Shown: positions 9,040 through 17,755 of the stretch, in pieces
How the letters are laid out: the number at the start of each line of letters is the position of its first letter
How positions within the stretch are numbered: the first letter of the stretch is position 1
Origin: Gaiellaceae bacterium
Lineage (GTDB): Bacteria > Actinomycetota > Thermoleophilia > Gaiellales > Gaiellaceae
Length of the DNA: 64,000 nucleotides
NCBI GenBank assembly: GCA_035703805.1
Contig: DASSXM010000036.1
Span: 2,580-66,579, forward strand
Direction: 5' to 3'
Made by a program: the position numbers and the translations under genes
Notes under the pieces: generated by a model
Databases searched by the model: none
Told to the model about the DNA's origin: nothing
The model's input: only the letters and a program-made list of their open reading frames with translations

Positions 9040-9647
9040 AGCTCGCGGAACACCCCCACGACCTTGCCGAGGATCTGCACGTGCTCGGCGAAGATCGGCT
9101 CGAGCTCGTCGTTCTCCGGCTGTAGGCGGATGCGTCCCTTGTCGCGGTAGAACGTCTTGCAGGTCGCCTCGTCGGCCGACTCGTCGTCGCCCGCGAGCGC
9201 GACGACGATCTCGCCGTTCCGCGCATCCTGCGCGCGGCGCACGACCACAATGTCGCCGTCGAGGATCCCGGCATTGATCATCGACTCGCCCTTGATGCGG
9301 AGGAGGAAGTCGCCCTGCAGCGTTTCCGGCACGGCGATCTCGTCCTCGACGTTCTGCTCCGCGAGGAGCGGCCCGCCGGCTGCGATCTGCCCGAGGAGCG
9401 GCAGCTTCGGCAGCTCGACGACCGCGCCCGACTTCTCGCGGCCGAGCAGCTCGAGCGCGCGCGGCTTCGTCGGGTCACGGCGGAGAAGACCGGCCCGCTC
9501 GAGGTTCGCGAGGTGCGCGTGCACGGTCGACGGCGACGCGAGCCCGACCGCCTCGCCGATCTCCCGCACCGTCGGCGGATAGCCGTGGCGGTCGGTGTAG
9601 TCGGCCAGGAAGGCCCAGATCTCCTGCTGTCGTCCGGTGAGCTCCAC
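9036..9647 (-). CDS. lexA: LexA repressor
   Basis: Begins VELTGRQQEIWAFLADYTDRHGYPPTVREIGEAVGL and carries the C-terminal S24 peptidase (GESMINAGILDGDIVVVRR). The start was chosen at GTG 9647, preceded by GGGAGGA. The track's longer ORF would run into tRNA-Leu. Confidence 0.92.
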   Translation of the reverse strand: MELTGRQQEIWAFLADYTDRHGYPPTVREIGEAVGLASPSTVHAHLANLERAGLLRRDPTKPRALELLGREKSGAVVELPKLPLLGQIAAGGPLLAEQNVEDEIAVPETLQGDFLLRIKGESMINAGILDGDIVVVRRAQDARNGEIVVALAGDDESADEATCKTFYRDKGRIRLQPENDELEPIFAEHVQILGKVVGVFREL

Positions 9648-9679
9648 TTGAAATCCTCCCGAGGGGTCGCCTAGGTGGT

Positions 9680-9693
9680 CGAACGTGTGTTCG
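9680..9693. promoter_or_regulatory. SOS (LexA) box CGAAC-GTGT-GTTCG
   Basis: Perfect palindrome of the Gram-positive/actinobacterial LexA-box type (TCGAAC-N4-GTTCGA). It lies 33 nt upstream of the lexA GTG. Confidence 0.85.
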
Positions 9694-9766
9694 TCACCAG
9701 AGTAGGGACTCCTTCGGACGGAGTCAAGAGAAAGGGCCGCCAACGTGGGCGGCCCTGAGGAGTCCA

Positions 9767-9851
9767 TGCGCTGGAGAGGACTTGAACCTCCACGGCCTAT
9801 GCGGCCACTAGGCCCTCAACCTAGCGCGTCTACCAATTCCGCCACCAGCGC
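9767..9851 (-). tRNA. tRNA-Leu (anticodon GAG)
   Basis: The cloverleaf was folded by hand. The acceptor stem is GCGCUGG/CCAGCGC, the anticodon stem is CUAGG/CCUAG with loop UUGAGGG, there is a long variable arm, and the T-loop is GGUUCAAGUCC. CCA is not encoded. Confidence 0.93.
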
Positions 9852-9872
9852 GACGGGACGTGGATTGTAGCC

Positions 9873-10118
9873 CTACTTCAAGTAGTGGAAGAGCGCGACG
9901 CTGTTCGCGACGAAGAGCACCGCGACGACGAGCGTGAAGCGAGTGAGGTTCCGCTCGACGATGTGCGTCCCGCCCTGCGAGGCGGGCGTGAAGCCCATCC
10001 CGCCCATCCCCGCGTCGCGCCCGCTGTGCATGAGCACGAGCGAGATGAGCGTGAAGACGAAGATCACCTGCAGGACAGCGAGAAAGGCGGTCACAGGACC
10101 AGGGTAGCCGCTGGCCAA
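9873..10118 (-). CDS. secG: preprotein translocase subunit SecG
   Basis: About 75-81 aa with two TM segments flanking a Gly-rich loop (HSGRDAGMGGMGF). The start is uncertain (TTG 10118 or GTG 10094). The downstream tRNA-Leu mirrors the secG-leuU linkage known in E. coli. Confidence 0.8.
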   Translation of the reverse strand: MASGYPGPVTAFLAVLQVIFVFTLISLVLMHSGRDAGMGGMGFTPASQGGTHIVERNLTRFTLVVAVLFVANSVALFHYLK

Positions 10119-10123
10119 AGTCG

Positions 10124-10152
10124 GCGACCAGGTCGCTCAGCGACCTGGTCGC
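10124..10152. repeat. REP-like perfect palindrome GCGACCAGGTCGC-TCA-GCGACCTGGTCGC (likely terminator)
   Basis: 13-bp arms, located between the receiver-gene stop and secG. The same core recurs at 16082-16116. Confidence 0.7.
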
Positions 10153-10158
10153 GGCCGT

Positions 10159-10527
10159 TCAGCGTTCGGCTACTTCGACGATCGCATCGATGAGCTCCGC
10201 TGCGATCCGATCCTTGGTCACGTACCCGTCGGCGCCCGCCTCGCGCGCGCGTGATACATCGGTGCGCGAATTCGAGCCGGTAAGCATGAGGATCCTGCTC
10301 TCGCTCCCGTCGTCCCGGAGCCGCTTCGCGGCCTCGATCCCGTCGAGCAGCGGCATGCTGATGTCCATTAGGACGACGTCGGGGTCGTGCTGCTCCGCGA
10401 GCTCGACCGCCTGCTGGCCGTCGGACGCGTGCGCGACGACGCGGATCCGCGCGTCGCCCGCGAGGACGGCCTCGAGCGCCTCGGCGAACAGGCGGTGGTC
10501 GTCGGCGATGAGAACCCTGATTGGCAT
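10159..10527 (-). CDS. stand-alone response regulator receiver protein (CheY-like)
   Basis: 122 aa: MPIRVLIADDH...DVVLMDISMPLLDG...GADGYVTKD. There is no output domain. Confidence 0.88.
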   Translation of the reverse strand: MPIRVLIADDHRLFAEALEAVLAGDARIRVVAHASDGQQAVELAEQHDPDVVLMDISMPLLDGIEAAKRLRDDGSESRILMLTGSNSRTDVSRAREAGADGYVTKDRIAAELIDAIVEVAER

Positions 10528-10583
10528 CGGATGGGACCGCCCTCGAAGTCCCTACACACAATTTGCCTTGTTACGGTCCGTTT

Positions 10584-10781
10584 GTGAAGGGGGATGCGCA
10601 CGAGCGAATCCAGAAGCTCCTCGTCACCGGGGACAACCGGTTGAAGCAGGGTGTCGATCCCGAGAAGGTGCGGGAGAGCTGGGAGCAAGCCCTGGCGGTC
10701 GCCAAGGAAGCGGGCCTCGAGGACGCTGTCCGGCCGCTCGTCGAGATCAGGCTCGCCGACCTGCCGCCGCGGCACGAGTGA
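10584..10781 (+). CDS. small hypothetical protein
   Basis: In track ORF 10521-10781. From GTG 10584 (VKGDAHERIQKLLVTGDNRLKQG...) the codon bias is genome-like. No family was recognised, and the 3' end overlaps the convergent glycosyltransferase. Confidence 0.35.
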   Translation: MKGDAHERIQKLLVTGDNRLKQGVDPEKVRESWEQALAVAKEAGLEDAVRPLVEIRLADLPPRHE

Positions 10782-11736
10782 GGATCGCCTCGATCTTCTC
10801 CGCCTGAAGGCGGACGTCGTGCTGGGCGGCGGCAGCCCGGGCGGCCTCGTTCGGGCGCGGGAGAGCGGCAGCGGAGCGCATCGCGTCGGTGATCGCGTCG
10901 ACGTCGAGCGGATCGACGAGGACACCTGCGTCGGGAGGCACGAACTCCGGCGGCCCACCGATCCGCGTTGCGACGACCGAACGGCCGCTCGCCATCGCCT
11001 CGAGCAGCGCCTGGCCGAGCGGCTCGAGGAGGCTCGGCTGGCAGAGCACGTGGCTCTCGGCAACCAGCCGCGGAATCTCGTCGTGCGGGACGCGGCCCGT
11101 GAGATGCACGCCCGGTCGGCCCTCGACCTGCGCGCGGAGAGCCCCGTCCCCCGCGAACGTCAGCGTCCCCTCGCCGACGCGCGCGAACGCGTCCGCGAGC
11201 CGGACGACGTTTTTGCGCTCCTCGAGCGCGCCGACGCAGAGGAAGCGCGGCGGGCCGTCCGGCGGCGGCTGGACGGCGAAGCGCTCGAGGTCGACGCCGC
11301 TCGAGACAACCTCGGTCTTCCCGCGCGCCTCAGGCACCTTCATCTCGAGCTCGCGGCGGAGATAGTCGGAGACGCATACGACCGTCGACGCACGACGCAC
11401 GACGAAGCGCGTGGCCGCTGCGACGCCGGGCAGCGCCCCGACGTTGCGCACGTCGCGCCCGTGCGCGGTTACGACGAGCGGTGCCCTCGTCCCGAGCGCC
11501 GCCACGAGAGCGCTCGGGACGAGGAAGTGCGCGTACACGACGTCGGGCGTGCGTGCGCGGAGCACCCGCCGCGCGAGCGTGAGGTAGCGGAGCTTCCCGC
11601 CCGCGCGCGTGTCCAGCACCGCGCGGTCGACCTCATGCCCACGTGCGACGAGCGCCTGCTCGACCTCCGCGACGAACGTCCCGAGGTCGGGATCGTCCGG
11701 GCCGGGATACATCTGCGAGACGAGCAGAATGCGCAC
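10747..11736 (-). CDS. glycosyltransferase (GT-B fold, GT4-like)
   Basis: 329 aa beginning MRILLVSQMYPGPDDPDLGTFV, with the C-terminal EPLGQALLEAMASGRSVVAT motif. Confidence 0.85.
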   Translation of the reverse strand: MRILLVSQMYPGPDDPDLGTFVAEVEQALVARGHEVDRAVLDTRAGGKLRYLTLARRVLRARTPDVVYAHFLVPSALVAALGTRAPLVVTAHGRDVRNVGALPGVAAATRFVVRRASTVVCVSDYLRRELEMKVPEARGKTEVVSSGVDLERFAVQPPPDGPPRFLCVGALEERKNVVRLADAFARVGEGTLTFAGDGALRAQVEGRPGVHLTGRVPHDEIPRLVAESHVLCQPSLLEPLGQALLEAMASGRSVVATRIGGPPEFVPPDAGVLVDPLDVDAITDAMRSAAALPRPNEAARAAAAQHDVRLQAEKIEAILTRAAAAGRRA

Positions 11737-11746
11737 GCGCCCATTC

Positions 11747-13441
11747 TCAACGGATGGCCGCCTTCTTGGCCGAGAAGACGCTCGAGAGGTCCTTCACCTC
11801 GGCGTCGCGCGTGGCCACCGGCGCGATCTTGAAGCGATGCTCGATCGTGGCGAGGATCGAGGTCGTGTCGTGCTCGGCGTGATCGACGACGAACGGCGCG
11901 CCGAGGAACGGCGACACGACGAGCGCAGGGATGCGCGTGCCGGGGCCCCAGACGTCGTGCGGGCCGGCAGTGGTGCTCCCCTGGCCGGGCGGCGGCACGT
12001 GGTCGAACTGACCGCCGAACTCGTCATACGTGACGATCACCATCGTGTCCTTCGCGCACGCGCCGCCCTCGATGTCCTTCAGCAGATCGATGAGGTGGCT
12101 GTCGCCGGCAGACTCGCTCGCGTAGCCGGGATGCTCGTTCTCGACGCCGAGCGGCTTGATGAAGCTGACGCTGCGGAGCTTGCACTGACTCTTCGAGGAC
12201 GTCGCGAGCGAGATGAACTCCGCCTCGTCGCGGAGGTCATTCGCCCGCTGCGCAGTTCCCGGCGCAAACGACGCGAAGTAGTTGAACGCCTGATGGTGGA
12301 ACTGGAACGTCCCGTCCGGGCAATTCGGGTAGACGGCATTCCGGTTGACGTTCGGGTCGGAGCACGCCGGCCCGCTGCCGTTCGTCCAGCCGGGCGCGTT
12401 GACGTCGCCGTCCGCGTTCGACCAGCCGCCTGAGTACCAGGCCCAACTGACCTTCGCACGTGTGAGCGCGTCGCCGATGTTCGGCGACGTGAGCGGCGGC
12501 AGGCGCCTCGTGTCCGCCGTTCCCGGCGAGTACGGCTGGTTGAAGGGCTGGATCGTGTTGACGGCGAAGTCGCCGCACTGCACGTTGTCGGGCGTCGGAC
12601 CACGGCTCGCCGGCGGACGGCAGGACGCGGTGAGCGCTTGGTCCTTCACCGCCGTGCCGAGCGGAGACGCATAGAACGGATAGTTGTTCGGCATCCCGTT
12701 CGCGTCGACGACCGAGTGGAGGTCGTTCGCCGAGCCGTCGTTCAGCGCACCGGCGAACACCGGCGCCTCTGCGGCGACGAGGAACTGGTGGTTGAGGAAC
12801 GACCCGCCGAATGCGCCCTGGAAGAAGTCGTCCGCGATCGCGTAGCTCGGATGGCCCTTCGCGTGCAGGTACGTGTAGACCGGCAGGGTCTTCGTGTCGT
12901 ACTGGCCCATGACGAGGCCCGCGGCGTCGCTGCCGGCGACGAAGCGGTCCATCTTCCCGCCGTCGAGCTGGTACTGCTCCTGGTAGTACCGGTGCACGAT
13001 GTCGCGCGTACAGCCGCCGGCGAGGCCGCTGCCGTTCGCGATCCCGTTCGCCGGCCCGAAGACGTACTGCGCGGGGCAGGTCGTCGCGCTTGCGGGGATG
13101 TAGGAGTCGATCAGGAAGGGCGCGTTGGCGAAGCCGCTGGTGAACGACGTGCCCGTCGTCGTGTCCGTGCAGGTCGCTGGGACGGCGGCGAGGTTGACGT
13201 CGAGCTGCTTGAGGCACGTGAACGCCGTCCCGGATTGGCTCACCTGCGCGACATTCGCGCTTCCGTTAACGCCTTCCCAGCGGCCGTAGAGATTGTCGAA
13301 GCTGTGGTTCTCCTCGTAGATCACGACGATGTGCTTGATCCGCTGCAGATCTCCGCGTCCCTGAGCGTGCGACGACGCCGACGCGACGAGTGCCGCGGCG
13401 GCGAGCGCAAGCGTTGCCAGCGCGATGACGCGCTTCCTCAT
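11747..13441 (-). CDS. secreted phosphoesterase family protein (phospholipase C / AcpA acid phosphatase type)
   Basis: 564 aa with a signal peptide (MRKRVIALATLALAAAALVASASSHA) followed by IKHIVVIYEENHSFDNLYG. Confidence 0.85.
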   Translation of the reverse strand: MRKRVIALATLALAAAALVASASSHAQGRGDLQRIKHIVVIYEENHSFDNLYGRWEGVNGSANVAQVSQSGTAFTCLKQLDVNLAAVPATCTDTTTGTSFTSGFANAPFLIDSYIPASATTCPAQYVFGPANGIANGSGLAGGCTRDIVHRYYQEQYQLDGGKMDRFVAGSDAAGLVMGQYDTKTLPVYTYLHAKGHPSYAIADDFFQGAFGGSFLNHQFLVAAEAPVFAGALNDGSANDLHSVVDANGMPNNYPFYASPLGTAVKDQALTASCRPPASRGPTPDNVQCGDFAVNTIQPFNQPYSPGTADTRRLPPLTSPNIGDALTRAKVSWAWYSGGWSNADGDVNAPGWTNGSGPACSDPNVNRNAVYPNCPDGTFQFHHQAFNYFASFAPGTAQRANDLRDEAEFISLATSSKSQCKLRSVSFIKPLGVENEHPGYASESAGDSHLIDLLKDIEGGACAKDTMVIVTYDEFGGQFDHVPPPGQGSTTAGPHDVWGPGTRIPALVVSPFLGAPFVVDHAEHDTTSILATIEHRFKIAPVATRDAEVKDLSSVFSAKKAAIR

Positions 13442-13557
13442 GTGTGCTCCCCCTCTCGTGGGTTGACGCCGGGGAGACTCGCGGCCGCGCGTCCGCCGCG
13501 AAAGGGGTCTTCACGACAGCGTTACGAAGTCGTCACCGATCTGTAGCTTGAGGCCCC

Positions 13558-14481
13558 GTGGCAGGTGTCGTGCACGTCTCGGGATTGACGAAGGTGTTCC
13601 GCGTCGCGGAGCGCGAGGCGGGCATGCGCGCGTCGCTGCGCAGTCTCGTCGCGCGCAAATGGAGGGAGGTTCGGGCGGTGGACGAGATCTCGTTCGACAT
13701 CGAGCCGGGCGAGGTCGTCGGCTTCCTCGGCCCGAACGGCGCCGGCAAGACGACGACGCTGAAGATGCTCTCCGGGCTCCTCTACCCGACGAGCGGAGAG
13801 GCGACCGTCCTCGGGCACGTCCCCTCGAAGCGCGAGCGCGACTACCTCCGCCGCATGACGCTGATCATGGGCAACCGGAACCAGCTGCAGTGGGATCTGC
13901 CGGCGCTCGACTCGTTCGAGCTCAACCGCGCGATCTACCGCCTGGACCGCGACGCATTCCGGAAGACGCGCGACGAGCTGGTCGAGCTGCTCGACGTCGG
14001 CGACCTCGTCCGCAAGCCGGTGCGGCAGCTGTCGCTCGGCGAGCGGATGAAGGTCGAAGTGGCCGGTTCGCTCCTCCACCTCCCTCAGGTGCTCTTCCTC
14101 GACGAGCCCACGATCGGGCTCGACGTGACGATGCAGAAGCGCATCCGCACGTTCGTCGCCGAGTACAACCAGCGCTACGACGCCACCGTGCTCCTGACGA
14201 GCCACTACATGGCTGACGTCCAGGCGCTTTGCAAGCGCGTCATCGTCATCCACCACGGGCAGATCCTGTTCGACGGACAGCTCAGCGCGCTCGCGGACAA
14301 GTTCTCGGCGCTGAAGACGATCGAGGCCGTGCTGGCGGACGGCGAGCGCGTGACCATGCAGGTGCCGCGCGACGAGACTTCCCGCGCGACGGCGAAGCTG
14401 CTCGCCGAGCACGACGTGCACGACCTCACGGTCGAGGATCCGCCGATCGAGGACGTGATCGAAGCGGTATTTGCGCAATGA
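13558..14481 (+). CDS. ABC transporter ATP-binding protein
   Basis: 307 aa with Walker A GPNGAGKTTT, the signature LSLGERMK, and Walker B LFLDEPT. Confidence 0.92.
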   Translation: MAGVVHVSGLTKVFRVAEREAGMRASLRSLVARKWREVRAVDEISFDIEPGEVVGFLGPNGAGKTTTLKMLSGLLYPTSGEATVLGHVPSKRERDYLRRMTLIMGNRNQLQWDLPALDSFELNRAIYRLDRDAFRKTRDELVELLDVGDLVRKPVRQLSLGERMKVEVAGSLLHLPQVLFLDEPTIGLDVTMQKRIRTFVAEYNQRYDATVLLTSHYMADVQALCKRVIVIHHGQILFDGQLSALADKFSALKTIEAVLADGERVTMQVPRDETSRATAKLLAEHDVHDLTVEDPPIEDVIEAVFAQ

Positions 14482-15293
14482 CGAGCGCGGCGCGCTCGAT
14501 GGTCGACTTCTACGCGACGACCATGCGCGTGCAGCTGCAGACGCGCTTCCAGTACCGCACCGCGACCTACATGTACACGCTCGGGATGGTCGCCGAGCCG
14601 ACGATCTATCTCGTCGTCTGGTCGACGATCGCGCGCGCCCACGGCGGCGCCGTCAACGGGCTGACGCCGCATGCATTCGCCGCGTACTACATCGTCTGGA
14701 CGCTCGTGCGGACGATGAACATCGTCTTCACGCCGTACGGCTGGGAGTTCCGGATCCGCGAAGGGCGGCTCTCGGGCGACCTGCTCCGCCCGATCCATCC
14801 GATCCATTACGACCTCGCCCAGTTCGCGGGCGACAAGTTCATCTGGGTGCTCTTGTACCTGCCGATCGGCATCGGGCTGTCGCTCATCTTCCATCCCGCG
14901 CTGCACCCGGGCGTCGTGCAAGTCCTCGTGTTCCTCGTCGCGATTTGGGGCGCGTATCTCATCCGCTCGATGAACCTCTGGCTCCTCGGCATGGTGAGCA
15001 TCTGGACGACGCGGGCGAGTGCGATTTTCGAGACCTACGTTCTCTCGGAGCTCCTGCTCTCCGGCCGGCTGCTGCCGCTGACGCTGATGCCGCGCTGGTC
15101 GCAGACGCTTGCCGCGTGGCTGCCGTTCAAATGGACGTTCTACTTCCCAATCGAAGTGCTCGTCGGGCACATGTCGACGGCCTCGCTCATCGGCGGCCTC
15201 GGAATGCAGGCGCTCTGGACTGCGATCGGGTCGCTCTTCGTGTTCGGCGCGTTTCGGTTGTCCGTGCGCCACTACTCGGCGGTGGGCAATTGA
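14478..15293 (+). CDS. ABC-2 family transporter permease
   Basis: In-frame part of track ORF 14229-15293, starting at ATG 14478 (ATGA overlap with the ATPase). It is a multi-TM protein beginning MTSAARSMVDFYATTMRVQLQTRFQYR. Confidence 0.8.
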   Translation: MTSAARSMVDFYATTMRVQLQTRFQYRTATYMYTLGMVAEPTIYLVVWSTIARAHGGAVNGLTPHAFAAYYIVWTLVRTMNIVFTPYGWEFRIREGRLSGDLLRPIHPIHYDLAQFAGDKFIWVLLYLPIGIGLSLIFHPALHPGVVQVLVFLVAIWGAYLIRSMNLWLLGMVSIWTTRASAIFETYVLSELLLSGRLLPLTLMPRWSQTLAAWLPFKWTFYFPIEVLVGHMSTASLIGGLGMQALWTAIGSLFVFGAFRLSVRHYSAVGN

Positions 15294-16078
15294 TCCGGGA
15301 CATCCGCCTCGCGTTCATGTACCTGCGACTCGGCGCGCTGAACGAGCTCCAGTACCGCGCGAACTTCTTCGTCGCCGCGTTCCAGTCGCTGCTCGCGGTC
15401 TCTGTTGGATTGATCGTGCTCGCGCTGGTCTATTCACACACGCAAACGCTGAACGGCTGGACCGAGTCGGAGCTACTCGTCATCGTCGGCGTGCAGATCC
15501 TCCTCGGCGGAGTGATCCACGCGACGATCCAGCCGAACATGCAGCGCCTCGTCGACGAGGTGCGCGACGGGAAGCTCGACTTCGCGCTCACGAAGCCGGC
15601 CGACGCGCAGGCGCTCGTGTCGCTCCGCGAGGTGCAGATCTGGCAGGCGGTCGACGTGATCTCCGGATCCGTCATCGTCGTCGTCGGGGCGGTACGCGTC
15701 GGCCACGGCATCGGCGCCGGCCACGCGATTGCGTTCCTCGCGCTGCTCGGCCTCGGTGCGCTGCTCCTCTACTGCTTCTGGATGATCATGGCCACCGGCT
15801 CGTTCTGGGTCGTCAACATGTGGTTCCTCGCGGAGCTGTTCGAGGGCGTGTACCAGACGGGCCGCTGGCCGATCGGCGTTTATCCCGGTTGGCTGCGCTA
15901 CTCGATGACGTACCTCGTGCCGGTCGGCTTCGCCGTGACCGTGCCCGCGCAGGCGATGACCTCGCGGCTGCACTGGGGGACGGTTGCGATCGCGATCGGC
16001 TTCGGGATCGCCCTGCTGGCCTTCACGCGTTGGTTCTGGTGCTTCGGGCTGAAGCGCTACTCAGGCGCGTCGGCGTAG
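15290..16078 (+). CDS. ABC-2 family transporter permease (second subunit)
   Basis: In-frame part of track ORF 14471-16078, from TTG 15290 (TTGA overlap). It begins LIRDIRLAFMYLRLGALNELQYRANFF and is multi-TM. The alternative start is ATG 15317. Confidence 0.75.
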   Translation: MIRDIRLAFMYLRLGALNELQYRANFFVAAFQSLLAVSVGLIVLALVYSHTQTLNGWTESELLVIVGVQILLGGVIHATIQPNMQRLVDEVRDGKLDFALTKPADAQALVSLREVQIWQAVDVISGSVIVVVGAVRVGHGIGAGHAIAFLALLGLGALLLYCFWMIMATGSFWVVNMWFLAELFEGVYQTGRWPIGVYPGWLRYSMTYLVPVGFAVTVPAQAMTSRLHWGTVAIAIGFGIALLAFTRWFWCFGLKRYSGASA

Positions 16079-16081
16079 GCA

Positions 16082-16116
16082 GCGACCAGGTCGCGACGAG
16101 GTCGCGACCTGGTCGC
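16082..16116. repeat. REP-like perfect palindrome GCGACCAGGTCGCGAC-GAG-GTCGCGACCTGGTCGC (bidirectional terminator candidate)
   Basis: 16-bp arms with a 3-nt loop, located between convergent genes. It shares a 13-nt core with the element at 10124-10152. Confidence 0.7.
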
Positions 16117-16180
16117 AGGACGTGTCTTACTTCGCCGCGCACGGACAGGTCCAGCAACCTCGCTCCGGGAACGTGTCCCT

Positions 16181-17755
16181 TCAGGCGCGAGCGCGTAGCG
16201 CGTCGTACATCCCCCACTCCACGCGCAACGCCTCGCAGATCTCGCCGACGGTGCAGTGTGCGCGCAGCGCTTCGCGCATCGGCGGCAGGAGGTTCGTCTC
16301 GCCGCCGGCCGCCTCGCGCACGGCCGCGAGCGCGGCCGCTGCGGCGTCGGCATTGCGCTCAGCCCGGACGCGCGCGGTGCGCGCGAGCTGGCGCTTCGTC
16401 GCCTGCGGGTCGATCTTTTGCAGCTCGACGCGCTCTTCAGAGCCTTCGACGTAGCGATTGACGCCGACGATGACGCGCTCGTCGCGCTCCACTTCCTGCT
16501 GCCAGACAAACGCCGCCTGCTCGATCTCGTCCTGCACGAAGCCGCGCTCGATCGCCTCGATCGCGCCGCCGAGCTCGTCGACGCGCTCGATCAGCTCCCA
16601 TGCGCGCGCCCCGAGCTCGTCGGTGAGCGCCTCGACGAAGTACGAGCCGCCGAACGGATCGGCGGTTTCGGCGACGCCGATCTCCGAAGCGATGACCTGC
16701 TGCGTTCGCAGCGCGAGCGTCGCGGAGCGCTCGGTCGGGAGCGCAAGCGCCTCGTCGAATGCGTTCGTGTGCAGCGACTGAGCGCCGCCGCACACGGCTG
16801 AGAGCGCTTGGATCGTGACGCGCATGACGTTGTTCTCCGGCTGCTGCGCCGTCAGCGTCGAGCCGCCCGTCTGCGCGTGGAAGCGGAGCGCGATCGCCCG
16901 CGAGTCGGTCGCGCCGAACCGCTCCTTCATGATCCGCGCCCACAGCCGCCGGGCTGCACGGAACTTCGCGACTTCCTGGAAGAAGTCGTTGTGCGCGTTG
17001 AAGAAGAACGAGAGGCGCGCGCCGAAGTCGTCCGGCGACAGTCCGGCATCGACCGCCGCCGCGCAGTACGCGATGCCGTTCGCGAGCGTGAACGCGAGCT
17101 CCTGCACCGCCGTCGCCCCCGCCTCACGGATGTGGTATCCGGAGATCGAGATCGCGTTCCACTTCGGAATCCGCTCCGCGCAATAGGCGAAGAGGTCTGT
17201 CGTCAGCCGCATCGACGGCTTCGGCGGGAAGATGTAGTTCCCGCGCGCGACGTACTCCTTGAGGATGTCGTTCTGCACCGTGCCGCGCAGCGCACTCGAC
17301 GCGACGCCCTGCCGCTCGGCGACGAGCTCGTACAGGAGCAGCAGGAGCGACGCCGGCGCGTTGATCGTCATCGACGTCGACACGCGGTCGAGCGGGATGC
17401 CGTCGAGGAGCAGCTCCATGTCGGCCAGCGAGTCGATCGCGACACCGGTGCGGCCGACCTCGCCGAGCGCACGCGAGTCGTCGGAGTCGTAGCCGAGCTG
17501 GGTGGGCAGGTCGAACGCGATCGAGAGCCCGGTCTGCCCCTGATCGAGCAGATACCGATAGCGCGCGTTCGATTCCTCGGCGGACGCGAAGCCCGCGTAC
17601 TGCCGGATCGTCCACGGCCGGCCCCGGTACATGTCGCGGTACGGGCCGCGCGTGAACGGATACTCGCCCGGCGGCTCGAGCGGACGCGGCGCGTCGCCCG
17701 GCGCGTAGACCGGCTTGACCTCGATGCCCGACTCGGTACGCCGATCGTCGGTCAT
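16181..17755 (-). CDS. methylmalonyl-CoA mutase family, large (substrate-binding barrel) subunit without a B12-binding domain
   Basis: Starts at the internal ATG 17755: MTDDRRTESGIEVKPVYAPGD...YPFTRGPYRDMYRGRPWTIRQYAGFASAEESN...GLSIAFDLPTQLGYDSD. It is 524 aa and ends before any DxHxxG cobalamin domain. Confidence 0.88.
   Translation of the reverse strand: MTDDRRTESGIEVKPVYAPGDAPRPLEPPGEYPFTRGPYRDMYRGRPWTIRQYAGFASAEESNARYRYLLDQGQTGLSIAFDLPTQLGYDSDDSRALGEVGRTGVAIDSLADMELLLDGIPLDRVSTSMTINAPASLLLLLYELVAERQGVASSALRGTVQNDILKEYVARGNYIFPPKPSMRLTTDLFAYCAERIPKWNAISISGYHIREAGATAVQELAFTLANGIAYCAAAVDAGLSPDDFGARLSFFFNAHNDFFQEVAKFRAARRLWARIMKERFGATDSRAIALRFHAQTGGSTLTAQQPENNVMRVTIQALSAVCGGAQSLHTNAFDEALALPTERSATLALRTQQVIASEIGVAETADPFGGSYFVEALTDELGARAWELIERVDELGGAIEAIERGFVQDEIEQAAFVWQQEVERDERVIVGVNRYVEGSEERVELQKIDPQATKRQLARTARVRAERNADAAAAALAAVREAAGGETNLLPPMREALRAHCTVGEICEALRVEWGMYDALRARA

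Noticed and set aside
9648-9767. N-terminal 40-codon extension of lexA given by the ORF track (start 9767).
   Set aside because: It would overlap the tRNA-Leu gene and the SOS box. The GTG at 9647 has a GGGAGGA ribosome-binding site and gives the canonical LexA N-terminus.
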